Assembly: GCA_036336775.1 (NCBI GenBank)
Contig: JAYZFM010000042.1
Span: forward strand, 9,945-73,944
Length of the DNA stretch: 64,000 nucleotides
Direction of reading: 5' to 3'
Source of the DNA: Bdellovibrionota bacterium
GTDB lineage: Bacteria; Bdellovibrionota; Bacteriovoracia; Bacteriovoracales; Bacteriovoracaceae
This document shows, one piece after another, positions 9,456 to 18,670 of the stretch. Below the pieces are notes generated by a model. It made no database searches and was not told the DNA's origin. It was given only the letters and a program-made list of their open reading frames with translations. The position numbers were made by a program, and so were the translations under genes. Within the stretch, counting starts at the first letter, position 1. Every line of letters starts with the position of its first letter.

Positions 9456-11654
9456 ATGACCAAGGCGGTTAGAGCGCAAGCAATGTTGAATGCGTTTAAA
9501 ATTCCTACTAGAAAATTTAACGTGCCTGCTGATGTTAATGGTAATCCATTACGTGTAAGCGAGTACTATGGTGAAAATGTTTTTGATTATCTCAAGTCTG
9601 AGATTTTAACTAAGCAAGATAAGCAAGACATTACTGACGTTTTAGAAAGCAAAAAAGTGCTTTCAAAGGAAATGGCAGAAAAATTTGCAAATGCCGTTTT
9701 AAACTGGGCAACTAGTAAGGGAGCAACTCACTTCACTCACTGGTTTCAACCTTTAACAGGTTCTACTGCAGAAAAGCACGATGCATTTTTATCAATTGAA
9801 AATGGAAAGCCTATCGAAAAACTATCTGCTTCTCAATTGATTCAAGGTGAGCCAGATGCCTCTTCATTTCCTAACGGTGGATCAAGATCTACTTTTGAAG
9901 CCAGAGGTTATACTTCTTGGGACTTAACTTCTCCAATCTTTTTAAGAACTCATGAAAATGGTAAAACTCTAACGATACCTACTGCATTCGTTTCTTACCA
10001 TGGTGATGCTCTTGATACAAAAACACCAATGCTAAGATCATGTAGCCAGTTATCAAAAGCTGCTACTAAATTTCTAAACATTACAAGTGGATCAAATAGA
10101 AAAGAAGATGAGTTTAAAAAAGTTGAAGTAAGCTGTGGTTGTGAGCAAGAGTACTTCCTTGTTGATAAAGCTCTATATTTTGAAAGACCAGACCTTGTGA
10201 TGGGGGGAAGAACACTTTTTGGTGCTTCTACTTCAAGAAACCAACAATTAGAAGATCACTACTTTGGGACAATCCCTGAGAGAGTAATGTCTTATATGCA
10301 AGAAGTTGAGGTTGAACTTTATAGGTTAGGGATTCCGGCCAAAACAAGACATAACGAAGTTGCTCCGGGGCAATTTGAATTAGCACCTATCTTTGATAAA
10401 GCAAACGTAGCAGTTGATCAAAATCAAATGATTATGTCTGTTCTTCAAAGTGTAGCGACTAAACACGGAATGGTTTGTTTACTTCATGAAAAGCCGTTCG
10501 CAGGAATTAATGGTTCTGGAAAGCACTTAAACTGGTCTATCACAAATGATAAAGCAGGAAACCTTCTTGATCCTTCTGATACTCCACATACAAACTACAA
10601 GTTTTTAGCAACAATCTCGATTATTCTAGAGGCTTTAAATCGATACGGTGGGCATTTAAGAACCGCAATCGCTTCTCATTCAAATGATCACAGGCTAGGT
10701 GCAAACGAAGCTCCTCCTAGTATTATTTCGGCTTTCTTAGGTGATACGCTTACTAAGATTTTAGACGCTTATGGAGCAGGTGAGAAATACGCTGAAGAAG
10801 ATCCAGGATTTCTTGATCTAGGAGCTGAGCAATTGGCAAGACTTGTGAGAGATAATACGGATAGAAACAGAACTTCTCCATTTGCATTTACTGGAAATAA
10901 ATTCGAGTTCAGAGCTGTTGGTTCTTCTCAAAACGTGGGGATCCCACTTACGATTCTTAACTCTGCTGTTGCTGATGTTTTTAACGATGTGAATGTAAGG
11001 CTAGAGAAAGAAATTTCAGGTGGAAAGTCAGTTGATGATGCACTTATTGAATTAACTCGTGACCTTTATAATGGTGCTAAGCATGTTGTATTTAACGGTG
11101 ATGGTTACTCTCAGGAATGGCAAGATGAAGCCGCTAAAAGAGGACTACCAAATTTAAAGACTTCTGCTGATGCCTTAAAACTTATTGCAAATTCGGATGC
11201 AAATAATTTTTTAACGAAGCTTGGTGTTTATACTCCTGGTGAATTAAAGACTCGTTACAATGTAAGAGTTGAGAGATATTGCAAGCATCGTGAAATCGAA
11301 TTCAGAACTCTTATTAATATGATTCACAAAGATATCATTCCAGCAACTGTTCAGTATAAAGGAATGTTAGCTGCATCTATCGATGATCAAAAGGATTGTA
11401 AAATCGATCCAAAAGTAGATATGGCTGTTCTTGCGGGGATCAATGACAAGTTAAATGAACTTTATGATAAGACGATCAAACTTCAGGAAGGAACAGACAA
11501 ACTTGGTGAAGAAATTGAGGATGCAGAGAAAATTGCAAACGAACTTCTTCCACTTTCAGAAGAAATCGCAGAAGTGATCGGATACTTAGAAGAAAATGTT
11601 TCTGAGGATCTATGGCCACTTCCAACTTACTACGATCTACTATTCGTAAAATAA
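9456..11654 (+). CDS. glnN: glutamine synthetase type III
   Basis: 732 aa. The GSIII-type N-terminus is present (RVSEYYGENVFD), and catalytic-core motifs include HNEVAPGQFE and GSGKHLNWS. Confidence 0.9.
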   Translation: MTKAVRAQAMLNAFKIPTRKFNVPADVNGNPLRVSEYYGENVFDYLKSEILTKQDKQDITDVLESKKVLSKEMAEKFANAVLNWATSKGATHFTHWFQPLTGSTAEKHDAFLSIENGKPIEKLSASQLIQGEPDASSFPNGGSRSTFEARGYTSWDLTSPIFLRTHENGKTLTIPTAFVSYHGDALDTKTPMLRSCSQLSKAATKFLNITSGSNRKEDEFKKVEVSCGCEQEYFLVDKALYFERPDLVMGGRTLFGASTSRNQQLEDHYFGTIPERVMSYMQEVEVELYRLGIPAKTRHNEVAPGQFELAPIFDKANVAVDQNQMIMSVLQSVATKHGMVCLLHEKPFAGINGSGKHLNWSITNDKAGNLLDPSDTPHTNYKFLATISIILEALNRYGGHLRTAIASHSNDHRLGANEAPPSIISAFLGDTLTKILDAYGAGEKYAEEDPGFLDLGAEQLARLVRDNTDRNRTSPFAFTGNKFEFRAVGSSQNVGIPLTILNSAVADVFNDVNVRLEKEISGGKSVDDALIELTRDLYNGAKHVVFNGDGYSQEWQDEAAKRGLPNLKTSADALKLIANSDANNFLTKLGVYTPGELKTRYNVRVERYCKHREIEFRTLINMIHKDIIPATVQYKGMLAASIDDQKDCKIDPKVDMAVLAGINDKLNELYDKTIKLQEGTDKLGEEIEDAEKIANELLPLSEEIAEVIGYLEENVSEDLWPLPTYYDLLFVK

Positions 11655-11686
11655 ATGCTTGAAATTAGCTTATAGAGCATTGATTG

Positions 11687-11713
11687 GGCCGAAGTTTTCT
11701 TCGGCCTTTTTTT
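11687..11713 (+). terminator. rho-independent terminator of glnN
   Basis: Stem ggccgaag / cttcggcc with a tttt loop, followed by T7. Confidence 0.8.
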
Positions 11714-11797
11714 ATTCCAAGTAAACTTTACAGAGCAAATTGCCAATTTGGCACCATGAAATTATTTTCACCTCATTAAGAATCAAAGGGGAGAATA

Positions 11798-12703
11798 ATG
11801 AAAAAATTATTTGTAGCAGCTCTTTGCCTAACTTCGTTAAATCTATGGGCAGAGACAATCCAAACTGAAATTTTAGATATTGAAAAAGACGAGCAAGGTT
11901 ATGTTGTGTACGCAGCGGACGGGCAAGTTTATGAAGTAAGCTCAGAAGAAGAAGCTAAAAAAGCTATCACAGCAGCTGAAATGGGTGTTCAAGTTAAATT
12001 GGATCTTGGAAGCACTTACAACACTTCTGAAATTATCGAAGCAAGAAATCAAATCGTTGAAATTAGCTTAACATCTGAAGCTGTTGAAGGCAGTTCAACT
12101 CAAAAAGATAGAAGAAATAGATACTATTCTAGATACAATGCTGAGGATCTATTTAGCTCTTATATTTCTGATTTTGATACTGAATCTGAAGTGCAAACCT
12201 TATTTAACACTCTAAGAAATGATACTCATCCAAAGTCTCAGTGTTATAACCGTGCTCATGTTTGGTCATGGGAATTGCACAGAAACTACAATAACGGAAA
12301 AAGAGTTCAAACTGGAAAGATCTGGTTGTTCTTTACCAAAAAATACATCAAAGAATACAGATACAAGTGGTGGTTTCATATTGCTCCTTACTTAACTGTT
12401 AACAGTGATGTAAGAGTTATTGATAGATCATTCTCTTATTCTCCAGACACTGAAAGAGGATGGACTAACAGATTCATGCAAAATAGTGCAAAATGTCCTG
12501 AGGTAAGAAGATATACTGATTACTCTCAAAACCAGTGGGATGCTTACTGCTACGTAATCAAAACAAGTGTTTTCTACTGGCAACCATGGCAAATTGAAAG
12601 CCTAGAAAAAGGTGGACAGGTTCGTAACGAGTGGAATGACTGGGAAGTAAGAAAAGCGTACAAAAATGGGATTGGAAGAAGAGCAAGAGTTCCTTCACTA
12701 TAA
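11798..12703 (+). CDS. secreted protein-glutaminase-like (Cys-His-Asp deamidase fold) protein
   Basis: Signal peptide MKKLFVAALCLTSLNLWA. Motifs TLFNTLRND, QCYNRAH, WWFHIAP and RVIDRSF parallel SLFNQIKNQ, GCYARAH (Cys42), WSYHVAI (His83) and RIIDPSLF (Asp103) of Chryseobacterium protein-glutaminase, as I recall that sequence. Confidence 0.5.
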   Translation: MKKLFVAALCLTSLNLWAETIQTEILDIEKDEQGYVVYAADGQVYEVSSEEEAKKAITAAEMGVQVKLDLGSTYNTSEIIEARNQIVEISLTSEAVEGSSTQKDRRNRYYSRYNAEDLFSSYISDFDTESEVQTLFNTLRNDTHPKSQCYNRAHVWSWELHRNYNNGKRVQTGKIWLFFTKKYIKEYRYKWWFHIAPYLTVNSDVRVIDRSFSYSPDTERGWTNRFMQNSAKCPEVRRYTDYSQNQWDAYCYVIKTSVFYWQPWQIESLEKGGQVRNEWNDWEVRKAYKNGIGRRARVPSL

Positions 12704-12740
12704 TTCTAAAGACTCCGTTTGGAGCATATATAATATGGAA

Positions 12741-12767
12741 AAGGGGCAATTGGTTTGCCCCTTTTTT
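12741..12767 (+). terminator. rho-independent terminator
   Basis: Stem aaggggcaa / ttgcccctt with loop ttggt, running into a T-tract. Confidence 0.75.
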
Positions 12768-12789
12768 CGTTTTAGGCCATACTTTTGGT

Positions 12790-13377
12790 ATGAAAAAATT
12801 AGGCTTACTGTGCACTGCGTTTTTAATGGCTTCCTGTGGAGCAGACTCAACCTCTGGTGAGGGAACTGATGGAGTTGGGGCTTCTGAACATAGGGCCTTT
12901 GTTACCTCGGGAACTTATACTGGTGGTTTAGGTGGTGTGAGTGGAGCTGATTCAACCTGTAATTCAGCTGCAAGTGCGGCAGGCCTTAGCCGGACCTATA
13001 AGGCGATAATAGGCGATAGCTCGACCTCAGCAGATGATAGGCTAGCTTTTTCAGGCTCTATTTATATCGTCGATTCTAATGATGAAAAAACACTGGTTGC
13101 GGGATCTGGTAGTGATTTATGGAATACCAGTTCATCTGATCTGACTAACCAAATTAATATTGATGAAAACGGTGATACCGTAACCTCTGATGACTATGTG
13201 TGGACAGGAACCACATCTGAGGGTGGAGAGCAGACTTCTAATTGTAGTGATTGGTCTAGCTCATCTTCTGGTGTGAACGGATTTTACGGCAACCTCGATC
13301 TTATTGGCGAAGGCTGGGTCGAGTATGATTTTGGCAGTTGTGACCAGTCGTTTCATTTGTATTGTGTAAGTCAATAA
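12790..13377 (+). CDS. lipoprotein, DUF1554-like
   Basis: Lipobox LMASCG. Motif AFVTSGTYTGGLGGVSGADSTC, followed by VWTGTTSEGG...NCSDWSS, is the pattern I associate with DUF1554 lipoproteins of Leptospira. Confidence 0.5.
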   Translation: MKKLGLLCTAFLMASCGADSTSGEGTDGVGASEHRAFVTSGTYTGGLGGVSGADSTCNSAASAAGLSRTYKAIIGDSSTSADDRLAFSGSIYIVDSNDEKTLVAGSGSDLWNTSSSDLTNQINIDENGDTVTSDDYVWTGTTSEGGEQTSNCSDWSSSSSGVNGFYGNLDLIGEGWVEYDFGSCDQSFHLYCVSQ

Positions 13378-13551
13378 TCTCCCTAAAAAAAATACAATTT
13401 TTTTAAAAAAAGTCTTTTCAAACTTATTTACCTGCGTTACAAAGTTCGAGCTTTAGAATAAGGGGCCCTTGAAGGGAGCTCGAACTGGACTTGTATAAGA
13501 TCAAGTCTACAAGAATCGGCTTTTTTTGATGGTCTTAAATGGTTTTTTTAG

Positions 13552-13577
13552 GGGACGGCTTTTAGTCGTCCCTTTTT
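13552..13577 (+). terminator. terminator-like hairpin plus T-tract
   Basis: Stem gggacggct / agtcgtccc (one G-U pair) with a 3-nt loop, followed by ttttt. The orientation only fits the + strand. Confidence 0.5.
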
Positions 13578-13587
13578 ATTTTAAGGC

Positions 13588-14346
13588 CTAGTTTATCGGA
13601 TTGTAATTTCCGCTAATGACCTCAAAAGCCAAGTCTCTCAGTTTTGCACTATCATCATCAGCTTTTAAATCTTTTGCAAATTCAATTTGAACGAGAATTT
13701 CTTTTTGTTGGCAAATCTTCCATAAATGGGGAGCAAAATCCATATCACCATACCAACAAACCAGGTCTCGATTAGATAGGCTTAAAGGCTCACCGTTAAT
13801 TGCGGCGTAATTTATAGTCACCGGCACAACTTGAGTTTGCGTATTTACTGCCGCTTGAAAAAGTGAGCGCTTAAAATGAAGAACTTGTTCGCCATTGGTA
13901 CTTGTGGCTTCAGGAAACACGATGACATTGAGACCTGCGCTCAGGGCTTCTTCAATATCTTTTATTTCATTTTTAATTTTCTTTTTATTTCTTCTCTCAA
14001 CAAAAAGGCAGCCTGCAAGAGTCGTAATTTGACCAAGAACAGGAGTGTTTTTCATTTCTATACTAGTAACAAAAGAACTTGGAACTTGAGAACTCAAGAG
14101 CATAATGTCCATATAAGATAAATGGTTGCTCACGATGAGTTTGTGGGAATACATTTTGTCGGCAAGATTTGATTCAATTTTGGCATTTACGATATTTAAT
14201 ACGATCTTAGAGTATATTGAAACAATCTTGTTTAGAACTTTCCTCGTTTTTTGAGGCGAAATGGCAAAAAATATCAGCCCTGGAAGTGTAATAATAAAAT
14301 AGCTTGAGATTAAACAGATTATTGCTATAAATTTAATGGTACCCAT
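13588..14346 (-). CDS. 1-acyl-sn-glycerol-3-phosphate / lysolipid acyltransferase (PlsC family)
   Basis: N-terminal TM segment. HX4D motif NHLSYMD and block FPEATSTNG. Confidence 0.8.
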   Translation of the reverse strand: MGTIKFIAIICLISSYFIITLPGLIFFAISPQKTRKVLNKIVSIYSKIVLNIVNAKIESNLADKMYSHKLIVSNHLSYMDIMLLSSQVPSSFVTSIEMKNTPVLGQITTLAGCLFVERRNKKKIKNEIKDIEEALSAGLNVIVFPEATSTNGEQVLHFKRSLFQAAVNTQTQVVPVTINYAAINGEPLSLSNRDLVCWYGDMDFAPHLWKICQQKEILVQIEFAKDLKADDDSAKLRDLAFEVISGNYNPIN

Positions 14347-15484
14347 ATCTTTCTCGCTTATTTAAATCCAGCAGAAAATTTGCAAAGGCCTGGGCCCTAG
14401 AGTTTAGGGAGTTAATTTCAATATACTCATCAACCCGATGCAAATTTCCACCCACGGCTCCACAGCCATCGAGAGCGATTAAATCCTCATGATAGAAATG
14501 ATTTACATCTGCTGCTCCTCCACAATGGTAGAGCTTTGGAGCACCATTTTCAAGCTTTTCAATATGCTTGATATAGTTATTAATCATTTCGTTATTGTCC
14601 TTTGTTTTCATCGGAGGACAAAAGTCTTCTATATCAATCTGATAACGAGATTTTGCAGCTGTGTTTGAGCAGGGATGAAAATGACTTTGAAGATCTTCTT
14701 CTAACATTTCTTGAATAAGCTTGAGTCCTTCTAGGCATTGAAAGCGAGTATCGATTTTTGCCACAGCTGTTTCAGCGATAGTGTTATATGAATGCCCTGC
14801 TGTAAGTTCTCCAATATTAAAAGTAACAAGTGGATTATCTATGAGCTTGGCATTCATCGCTACCAAGACCTGACAAAGATCTTGGGCCGCATTGATATGA
14901 CCTTTATGCGCTCGACCTGCATGGAACGACTTTCCTTGCACAGTGATTTTAATCCATTTGTTACCGTTTCTCGATTTGATTAGACCACCATCTTCAAGAG
15001 AAGGTTCGAATCCAAACGCATATTGAGAATTAAGACCTAGAAGTTTGAAGCTTTCATGAAGTCCGGGAGAGCCAATCTCTTCTGTAGGAGAGTTTACAAA
15101 TTGCAAACGTAATCGATTCGTCCCACAATTTTCTAAATATATCTTTACAGCTTTAAGAGCGACAACGACACCAGCTTTATTGTCAGCAATCCCTGCGCCA
15201 TAGGCTCTCGTTCCATCGATTCTAAAATGACTTTTACTTGCCGGAATAACAGTGTCAGCATGAGAGATCAGAGTTAAAACGGGACCTCTATCCCCAATAT
15301 TCCCAATGAAAAGAGGAGCTCCCTCACTCTGAGAAACAAGCTCAACATGAAAGCCTAACTGATCAAGGAAATCTTTTAATAGGTATTGGACATGCCTTAC
15401 CCCTTGCTGAAAACGAGATTGAGAGTCAGTATCGACCAACTCTCGTAGAAGTTCTAGATCAGAATTAGTTTGCTGTAGATTCAT
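14333..15484 (-). CDS. M20-family metallopeptidase / amidohydrolase (ArgE/DapE/CPG2-like)
   Basis: Motifs ISHADTV, GAGIADNKAG and PTEEIGSPG. The 3' end overlaps the next gene by 14 nt. Confidence 0.75.
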   Translation of the reverse strand: MNLQQTNSDLELLRELVDTDSQSRFQQGVRHVQYLLKDFLDQLGFHVELVSQSEGAPLFIGNIGDRGPVLTLISHADTVIPASKSHFRIDGTRAYGAGIADNKAGVVVALKAVKIYLENCGTNRLRLQFVNSPTEEIGSPGLHESFKLLGLNSQYAFGFEPSLEDGGLIKSRNGNKWIKITVQGKSFHAGRAHKGHINAAQDLCQVLVAMNAKLIDNPLVTFNIGELTAGHSYNTIAETAVAKIDTRFQCLEGLKLIQEMLEEDLQSHFHPCSNTAAKSRYQIDIEDFCPPMKTKDNNEMINNYIKHIEKLENGAPKLYHCGGAADVNHFYHEDLIALDGCGAVGGNLHRVDEYIEINSLNSRAQAFANFLLDLNKRERYGYH

Positions 15485-16292
15485 TTAAATCCGAACCGAT
15501 ATGAGCTGTATCAAAACTTGATAGTTTAGTTTTAAATTTTCTTAGACTGGAACTGAATACATATTTTGGTAAGGTAAGAAGAGAAACTCGTCCAACTTGT
15601 AAGACCTCATCTCCGCGTTCAAAATTGAGAATATTTTTATAATAGTCAGTGAGTTCCGGGTTTCGATGGTAGTACTTGGCATCGGATTCAGATTTTTCGA
15701 AAACGGAATCTGAAACACTTCCTTCAAACACAAATGTTTTGCAGTTAAAATTTGCATCATAGTTAACGGCCATTGCGGCCCTGTGACTTTGGGAAATTCC
15801 TTGAGCAATTTTTAAGTGCTGTGCTGATGGAGCTTTGTTATTAAAAGGGGAAGGGTAGATATCTTCAAAGTATAGAGCGACATTTCCTAAACTTGATAAT
15901 ACACAAGCACAATTGGACACCCAGACTCCATTTATTGGAGATTCCATAAGAAGATATTTCACCAATAATTTATTCATTAATTTATGAGTTAGTTTTTTCC
16001 CGCGCGCGATAGGATCAACACAGGTTAGTCCTAGGTGAAGAACTGAACCAATAGCATCGATATCTAGGACAAGCGAGGAGCAAAACCCAACAAGCACACC
16101 TTTAGAGTTTCTCGCTGTACAAATTATTGCCCTTTGAAATTCATCTCTTTTTCCAGTGAGAGTTTGATAGTAGGGAACTTCGTCAAAACATTTTGAACTT
16201 ACATTTCGAAGCTCATCGGTTAGAGTTGAAAGTTCCTCCTTACTCATGTAGATTCCAGGATAAACTAAAACATCATACTTAAAACCTTGCAT
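15465..16292 (-). CDS. hypothetical protein, possible GNAT-fold acyltransferase
   Basis: 275 aa. The segment VDPIARGKKLTHKLM resembles GNAT motif A (R/Q-x-x-G-x-G/A). It overlaps the downstream M20 gene by 20 nt. Confidence 0.4.
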   Translation of the reverse strand: MQGFKYDVLVYPGIYMSKEELSTLTDELRNVSSKCFDEVPYYQTLTGKRDEFQRAIICTARNSKGVLVGFCSSLVLDIDAIGSVLHLGLTCVDPIARGKKLTHKLMNKLLVKYLLMESPINGVWVSNCACVLSSLGNVALYFEDIYPSPFNNKAPSAQHLKIAQGISQSHRAAMAVNYDANFNCKTFVFEGSVSDSVFEKSESDAKYYHRNPELTDYYKNILNFERGDEVLQVGRVSLLTLPKYVFSSSLRKFKTKLSSFDTAHIGSDLNESTAN

Positions 16293-16375
16293 ACAATCTC
16301 CTTGTCATTAAGATTGTATGCCTGTGATATGAATAATGTCTGTTAAACTACGTCCTGATTTCTGTCAGGGAAAAG

Positions 16376-17269
16376 TTAAGAAATAGTCAATGTCTTGTAT
16401 TTGAATTCGCCGGCCATATGAAGATGCTTTCTATCGGTACTAATAACTTTAATCCCATAAGTATTTGGCTTGTGAGACTCTGAAATATACAGGTCAATCT
16501 CCGAGCCTAGATAGACTGGTTTGATAAAACGAATATCAATCTCATTGAGTGAAAAACCTTGGTTTTGAAGCTTTTCAAATACCATCGCAAAAAGTCCAAA
16601 GCCGTGCATAATAGATCCTTTAAGGCCCATTAATTTTGCAACTGACTTAGAGAGGTGGATTGGGTTTACGTCGCCTGAAAGGTATGCGTAGCTTTTTGCA
16701 TCTTCTTTAGTAATCATTAGCCTTTCAATAAAGCTAAGTTTTGAAGTATCAATTTGCTGGTGAGCTGCAGCCTTTTTTAAAACAGATTTGGTGTCTTTCA
16801 AAATAACCGCGTAGATCTCAGCGATTAAAGCAGTTGGATCATGGTGAGTTCCTGTGGTTAAGCGTTGACTCACACGATATTTTTTTTCCATATTTTGGAT
16901 TTGATAGATTTCAGCCTTGGAGTTCAACCCAGAATTTCTGGTGATAGGAGAGTTAATAATCATCTTAACACCTTGGTTAAGAACTTTATGCAAAGGAAGG
17001 TTGAGTGATCTTCCCATTTCAAAAAGCTGTGGATAAGTCCAAAGTGGAAAGAGGTGAGGAGCTATTGCGCCTTGATATTTTTCTTCACAACCAAGCCACT
17101 GATGATAACGTTCAACAATCGTACTATTAGGAATGACATTGCTATATTCGCTACGAAGTAGGTGCTCTTTTATTTCTTCATTGCCAGACTTCAGGGCATT
17201 TAACAAAATACTGGCCACTACATTTAACATAGGACCTTGGTGTCTCAATAATGAAATATCTGCGTGCAT
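16376..17269 (-). CDS. MaoC-like (R)-hydratase / dehydratase, double hot-dog
   Basis: C-terminal motif YAYLSGDVNPIHL. The 297-aa size fits a double hot-dog fold. Confidence 0.7.
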   Translation of the reverse strand: MHADISLLRHQGPMLNVVASILLNALKSGNEEIKEHLLRSEYSNVIPNSTIVERYHQWLGCEEKYQGAIAPHLFPLWTYPQLFEMGRSLNLPLHKVLNQGVKMIINSPITRNSGLNSKAEIYQIQNMEKKYRVSQRLTTGTHHDPTALIAEIYAVILKDTKSVLKKAAAHQQIDTSKLSFIERLMITKEDAKSYAYLSGDVNPIHLSKSVAKLMGLKGSIMHGFGLFAMVFEKLQNQGFSLNEIDIRFIKPVYLGSEIDLYISESHKPNTYGIKVISTDRKHLHMAGEFKYKTLTIS

Positions 17270-17459
17270 ACTCGTCTCTCCCTGCGCCTAGCTTAGGCAA
17301 TAAATCCCAACTAATTAAGTTAGATTCTGGTTAGTATTTTGTCAGTTAAGAACAACTTACACGTAGAATCAGTCGGAGTCCTTAACTTCCGTTAAATGAG
17401 TACTCTTATAATTTGCTGAATTTATTGAATATTTAAAACTTAGGGGGTAGCCTTTCCTT

Positions 17460-18428
17460 ATGAAAATTATATCTTTGTTACTCTTAGTCGTGGCGTGTTC
17501 CCACCAACCAAAAACAGTTATTGCTCATAGAGGAGCCTCTGGATATTTACCTGAGCATACCTTAGAGTCTGCTTCTATGGCCCATAGTTTTGGAGTGGAT
17601 TTTATCGAGCCAGATGTTGTTATAACTAAAGATGATAAAGCAGTTTTACTACATAATATCCACCTGGATCAAACCACAGATGTGGCAGTAAAATTTCCAA
17701 AAAGAAAACGTAAAGATGGACGCTATTATGTTGTCGATTTTACTCTTAAAGAAATTAAGTCTTTAAATGTCTACGATTCAATTGATCCTGCAACCGGCAA
17801 GCTAAGTTACCCTCCAAGGTTTCCCTATAAAACAGCAAAATTTGAAGTACCCACACTCCAAGAATTTATCGAGCTGGTGCAAGGTTTAAATAAAACACGT
17901 GGAAAAAATATTGGAATTTATCCAGAATTGAAAATGCCAGAATTTCATACAAAAAATGGAAAAGATATCGCTAAGCTAGTGCTGCCGATTTTGGAGAGAT
18001 ATGGCTACAATAGTGCAGATGCAAATATTTATTTACAATGCTTCTATCCCCCAACTCTAAAGAGACTTAAAACTGAATTAGGGGCCAAGATGAAGCTTGT
18101 TGCCTTAATCGCAGAAAATGATTGGGCGGAAAGTTCGGCGGATTATAATTACTATAAAACTGAAGCCGGTGTCGCAGAACTATCTCAATACGTCGATGGT
18201 TACGGTCCTTGGATTAATCAGCTTATGACAAAAGAGGGAAAGGATACTGGGCTTGTGGCGATTGCACACAAATACGGTTTGAAAGTTCATCCCTATACCC
18301 ACAGAACTGATATGATACCTTCAGTGTTTAAAACGGAAGAAGAATTTTTTGACTTCTTTTTTGGTGAATTGAATATCGATGGAATTTTTTCCGATTTCAG
18401 TGATAGGGCGATGAAATACGCGAAGTAG
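17460..18428 (+). CDS. glpQ: glycerophosphodiester phosphodiesterase (lipoprotein)
   Basis: Lipobox LLVVAC, then IAHRGASGYLPEHTLES and EPDVV GDPD-family motifs. Confidence 0.85.
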   Translation: MKIISLLLLVVACSHQPKTVIAHRGASGYLPEHTLESASMAHSFGVDFIEPDVVITKDDKAVLLHNIHLDQTTDVAVKFPKRKRKDGRYYVVDFTLKEIKSLNVYDSIDPATGKLSYPPRFPYKTAKFEVPTLQEFIELVQGLNKTRGKNIGIYPELKMPEFHTKNGKDIAKLVLPILERYGYNSADANIYLQCFYPPTLKRLKTELGAKMKLVALIAENDWAESSADYNYYKTEAGVAELSQYVDGYGPWINQLMTKEGKDTGLVAIAHKYGLKVHPYTHRTDMIPSVFKTEEEFFDFFFGELNIDGIFSDFSDRAMKYAK

Positions 18429-18490
18429 TTAGCGTGGTTTCCTATTAGTCTATTAAGGTTAATCTGACTACAGATTTCTGGATTCTGAAA

Positions 18491-18670
18491 TCAGACTTTC
18501 CGAACCAGTCCGTAAACTAGTGCCCCTAAATGATCATATTTTTCTGCTAGATTCTTATTTTGAACTATTTTGATAAGCGTTTGAGTTTCTCTTAGTGATC
18601 CCATAGCAATACTGTAAAAGCGCTTTTGATCTTTCGGCGATTGCCTGCCACTGCCCTCCGTTATGCGAGA
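18491..18670 (-). pseudogene. fragment of a four-helix-bundle (23S rRNA IVS / Avd-like) protein gene
   Basis: Manual translation of the minus strand gives ITEGSGRQSPKDQKRFYSIAMGSLRETQTLIKIVQNKNLAEKYDHLGALVYGLVRKV*. It has no start codon and an in-frame stop immediately upstream. It matches the C-terminal two thirds of this family. Confidence 0.5.

Noticed and set aside
11748-11763. A TGGCAC motif upstream of 11798, considered as a sigma-54 promoter.
   Set aside because: The -12 element is AATTA. It lacks the required GC at GG-N10-GC spacing.
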